DNA of 20,661 nucleotides from a virus (Duplodnaviria; Heunggongvirae; Uroviricota; Caudoviricetes): IMG/VR virus record IMGVR_UViG_2872152978_000006, positions 1 to 20,661 of that record; one strand, 5' to 3'. Shown piece by piece: positions 17,889 to 20,661 of this stretch (position 1 is its first letter; each line of letters starts with the position of its first letter). The notes under the pieces were generated by a model. It saw only the letters and a program-made list of their open reading frames with translations, ran no database searches and was not told where the DNA came from. The position numbers and the translations under genes were made by a program.

Positions 17889-18884
17889 GTGACCGTGAGA
17901 GCACTACTGCCCCCTGAAATTGCCCCGCGTATGGGGATCGTATTGTTCAGACCAGGTTCAGAGCTGATGCCCCTGTTTATGCAGGGGCGTGTCCTGCTGG
18001 AGCCTGAGCCGGAACGTTATTCATCTTTCGCCAGTGGTGCTGTTCCGGCGGCATCACAACCGCTGGCGGATGATCCTGACGTTCGGGCCGTGTTCCGCAA
18101 TGAGGCAGTGATCCGTCGTGCTGGTGGCGTGGAATGTCTTGAAAGCTGGTTACTTCGTGAAAAAGGCTGCCAGTGGCCTCATTCCGACTGGCACAGCGAG
18201 AACATGACAACAATGCGACACGCGCCGGGCGCAATCCGTCTGTGCTGGCACTGCGATAACCAGCTGCGCGATCAGTTCACGGAACGGCTGGAATCAATGG
18301 CAACGGATAACTGTGCCCGCTGGGTGTTGTCTGTTGTGCGTCGGGATCTCGGTTTTGATGACAGTCACGTTGTGACAATGCCGGAACTGTGCTGGTGGCT
18401 GATTCGTAATGACCTGGCGGATGCCTTACCGGAAAGTGCAGCCCGTAAGGCACTGAGATTACCGAAGCCTGTTGTGCCGTCTGTCACCCGGGAAAGTGAC
18501 CTTGTGCCTTCGGTTCCTGCCACCAGCATCATCCAGGATAAGGTGAAAAAGGTGCTGGCGCTGAAAGTGGATCCGGAGTCGCCGGAGTCTTTTATGTTAC
18601 GCCCAAAACGTCGCCGCTGGGTTAATGAAAAGTACACACGCTGGGTTAAGACACAGCCGTGTGCATGTTGTGGAAAGCCTGCTGATGATCCCCTCCACCT
18701 GATAGGCCACGGTCAGGGGGGAATGGGTACAAAAGCGCATGACCTCTTTGTGTTGCCTTTGTGCAGAAAGCATCACGACGAGCTGCATGCGGATACCGTG
18801 GCATTTGAAGAGAAGTATGGTTCCCAGCTGGAGCTGATATTTCGTTTTATCGATCGTGCGCTGGCAATAGGCGTACTGGCGTAA
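17889..18884 (+). CDS. DUF968-family prophage protein (YdfU-like) with a C-terminal Cys/His cluster
   Basis: GTG start 2 bp after the upstream stop; C-terminal CACCGKPADDPLHLIGHGQGG...HDLFVLPLCRKHHDELH; sits immediately upstream of Q as in Qin-type prophages (from memory). Confidence 0.6.
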   Translation: MTVRALLPPEIAPRMGIVLFRPGSELMPLFMQGRVLLEPEPERYSSFASGAVPAASQPLADDPDVRAVFRNEAVIRRAGGVECLESWLLREKGCQWPHSDWHSENMTTMRHAPGAIRLCWHCDNQLRDQFTERLESMATDNCARWVLSVVRRDLGFDDSHVVTMPELCWWLIRNDLADALPESAARKALRLPKPVVPSVTRESDLVPSVPATSIIQDKVKKVLALKVDPESPESFMLRPKRRRWVNEKYTRWVKTQPCACCGKPADDPLHLIGHGQGGMGTKAHDLFVLPLCRKHHDELHADTVAFEEKYGSQLELIFRFIDRALAIGVLA

Positions 18885-18897
18885 GTGGAGAACGAGC

Positions 18898-19650
18898 ATG
18901 AACCTTGAAGCCTTACCGAAATATTACTCCCCGAAATCTCCAAAACTGAGCGATGACGCACCGGCGACAGGCTCTGGTGGTTTAACGATTACGGATGTGA
19001 TGGCTGCGCAGGGGATGGTGCAGTCGAAAGCACCGCTTGGGTTTGCCTTATTCCTGGCAAAAGTTGGTGTTCAGGATCCTCAGTTTGCGATTGAAGGTCT
19101 GCTCAATTACGCGATGGCACTGGATAACCCGACATTGAATAAATTGAGTGAAGAAACCCGGCTACAGATCATTCCTTACCTTGTGAATTTTGCCTTTGCT
19201 GATTATTCCAGGTCTGCGGCAAGTAAGGCTCGCTGTGAGCATTGTGCTGGTACTGGATTTCATAATGTATTGCGCGAGGTGGTGAAACACTCCAGAAGCG
19301 GGGAATCTGTTATCAAGGAAGAGTGGGTGAAGGAACTATGTCAGCATTGTCATGGTAAGGGAGAAGTCAGCACAGCGTGCAGAGGGTGTAAGGGTAAAGG
19401 TATTGTCCTGGATGAAAAAAGGACCCGGCTTCATGGCACGCCTGTTTATAAGATTTGTGGGCGTTGCAATGGAAACCGGTTTAGCCGTTTACCAACTACA
19501 CTGGCACGACGTCATGTCCAGAAGCTGGTTCCAGACCTGACTGATTATCAGTGGTACAAAGGATATGCAGACGTAATTGATAAACTAGTAACAAAGTGCT
19601 GGCAGGAAGAAGCATATGCTGAAACACAATTGAGAAAGGTGACGAGATAA
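18898..19650 (+). CDS. lambdoid antitermination protein Q (QuuQ/YdfT-like)
   Basis: 250-aa ORF with GGAG RBS; multiple CxxC pairs (CEHCAGTG, CQHCHGKG, CRGCKGKG, CGRCNGNR) and position immediately before a promoter-terminator module. Confidence 0.8.
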   Translation: MNLEALPKYYSPKSPKLSDDAPATGSGGLTITDVMAAQGMVQSKAPLGFALFLAKVGVQDPQFAIEGLLNYAMALDNPTLNKLSEETRLQIIPYLVNFAFADYSRSAASKARCEHCAGTGFHNVLREVVKHSRSGESVIKEEWVKELCQHCHGKGEVSTACRGCKGKGIVLDEKRTRLHGTPVYKICGRCNGNRFSRLPTTLARRHVQKLVPDLTDYQWYKGYADVIDKLVTKCWQEEAYAETQLRKVTR

Positions 19651-19681
19651 GTGATTTTCGCCGAAGATGGCGACATGAAGC

Positions 19682-19710
19682 TTGCATTTTTCAAAAAACA
19701 TGGATAAGAT
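19682..19710 (+). promoter_or_regulatory. candidate late promoter (PR-prime-like): TTGCAT - 17 bp - TAAGAT
   Basis: -35 at 19682-19687 and -10 at 19705-19710 with 17-bp spacer, directly downstream of Q. Confidence 0.45.
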
Positions 19711-19756
19711 TTTCTCAACGATGGGCTTTGTATGTCTGCCGTTGATAATTTTCACG

Positions 19757-19783
19757 AACCCGCTGTTGAGCGGGTTTTTATTT
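19757..19783 (+). terminator. rho-independent terminator (tR-prime-like): CCCGCT - GTTG - AGCGGG followed by TTTTTATTT
   Basis: Perfect 6-bp GC-rich stem, 4-nt loop, T-run; about 50 bp downstream of the candidate promoter, the classic Q antitermination target geometry. Confidence 0.65.
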
Positions 19784-19803
19784 ACTTGGGTAATGACTCC
19801 AAC

Positions 19804-20307
19804 TTACTGATAGTGTTTTATGTTCAGATAATGCCCGATGACCTTGTCATGCAGCTCCACCGATTTTGAGAACGACAGTGACTTCCGTCCCAGCCTTGCC
19901 AGATGTTGTCTCAGATTCAGATTATGTCGCTCAATGCGCTGAGTGTAACGCTTGCTGATAACGTGCAGCTTTCCCTTCAGGCGTGATTCATACAGCGGCC
20001 AGCCATCCGTCATCCATACCACGACCTCAAAGGCCGACAGCAGGCTCAGAAGACGCTCCAGTGTGGCCAGAGTGCGTTCACCGAAGACGTGCGCCGCAAC
20101 CGTCCTCCGTATCCTGTCATACGCGTAAAACAGCCAGCGCTGACGTGATTTAGCACCGACGTAGCCCCACTGTTCGTCCATTTCAGCGCAGACAATCACA
20201 TCACTGCCCGGTTGTATGCGCGAGGTTACCGACTGCGGCCTGAGTTTTTTAAGTGACGTAAAACCGTGTTGAGGCCAACGCCCATAATGCGTGCACTGGC
20301 GCGACAT
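19804..20307 (-). CDS. insB: IS1 InsB
   Basis: 167-aa ORF recognised as IS1 InsB. Confidence 0.9.
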   Translation of the reverse strand: MSRQCTHYGRWPQHGFTSLKKLRPQSVTSRIQPGSDVIVCAEMDEQWGYVGAKSRQRWLFYAYDRIRRTVAAHVFGERTLATLERLLSLLSAFEVVVWMTDGWPLYESRLKGKLHVISKRYTQRIERHNLNLRQHLARLGRKSLSFSKSVELHDKVIGHYLNIKHYQ

Positions 20308-20501
20308 CCGACGCCATTCATGGCCATATCAATGATTTTCTGGTGCGTACCGGGCTGAGAGGCGGTGTAAGTGAACTGTAGTTGCCATGTTTTACGGCAA
20401 TGAGAGCAGAGATAGCGCTGATGTCCGGCAGTGCTTTTGCCGTTACGCACCACGCCTTCAGTAGCGGAGCAGGAAGGACATCTGATGGAAATGGAAGCCA
20501 C
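20226..20501 (-). CDS. insA: IS1 InsA
   Basis: 91-aa ORF with the zinc-finger motif CPSC...CSHC of IS1 InsA. Confidence 0.9.
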   Translation of the reverse strand: MASISIRCPSCSATEGVVRNGKSTAGHQRYLCSHCRKTWQLQFTYTASQPGTHQKIIDMAMNGVGCRASARIMGVGLNTVLRHLKNSGRSR

Positions 20502-20556
20502 GCAAGCACCTTAAAATCACCATCATACACTAAATCAGTAAGTTGGCAGCATTACC

Positions 20557-20661
20557 CATAAATTCAACGCCGCGAAAACCACACTGCGCAGCTTTCTCAA
20601 AACGGGCGAGAAAATCATATTCACCAAATAACATCGATAAATTAGCAGAGAAACGTAACAT
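20557..20661 (-). pseudogene. hyi: 5' fragment (35 codons) of a hydroxypyruvate isomerase-like gene (hyi-like), truncated by IS1
   Basis: Reverse complement from the window edge reads ATG... MLRFSANLSMLFGEYDFLARFEKAAQCGFRGVEFM, then runs straight into the IS1 end; matches the Hyi N-terminus as I remember it. Confidence 0.5.

Larger units (their letters stand above)
19789..20556 (-). mobile_element. IS1 variant, 768 bp
   Basis: Ends GGTAATGACTCCAACTTACTGAT... (19789) and ...AGTTGGCAGCATTACC (20556); insA/insB arrangement; flanking 9-mers (ATTTACTTG vs CATAAATTC) are not a target duplication. Confidence 0.9.

Overview
Composite, IS-eroded mobile-element region of an Escherichia/Shigella-type genome; the IS load (IS2, IS911-like, IS3-family remnant, IS66-family, IS1) is Shigella-like. 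No single feature is demonstrably a new system; the best candidates for undescribed biology are (a) the AT-rich acidic orphan gene between the integrase and AlpA, (b) the phased iteron array plus RHH gene with an in-frame stop next to a DnaT-like gene, and (c) the convergent pair containing a pRiA4b-ORF3-like protein. All calls are from reading the sequence and remembered family signatures; no database search was run. Layout: (1) 1-~7100, a P4/CP4-57-type integrase island: tyrosine integrase starting exactly at the window edge, the AT-rich orphan, AlpA, a gene split by an IS2 with a perfect 5-bp target duplication, an AntA-like antirepressor, and a chain of translationally coupled small ORFs including an Icd-like protein. 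(2) 7180-9462, an insertion scar: IS911-like element, abutting an IS3-family transposase remnant, abutting a C-terminal fragment of a second integrase. (3) 9691-19783, a lambdoid prophage remnant: orphan cargo genes, two PerC-family genes, an iteron-rich divergent control region, an RHH gene with an in-frame stop, an IS66-family element, then a coupled early operon (DnaT-like, PerC-like, Dam methyltransferase, LexA-like, RusA, KilA-N, DUF968, antiterminator Q) ending in a late-promoter/terminator module. (4) 19789-20661, an IS1 replacing the phage late region and abutting the first 35 codons of a hyi-like gene.
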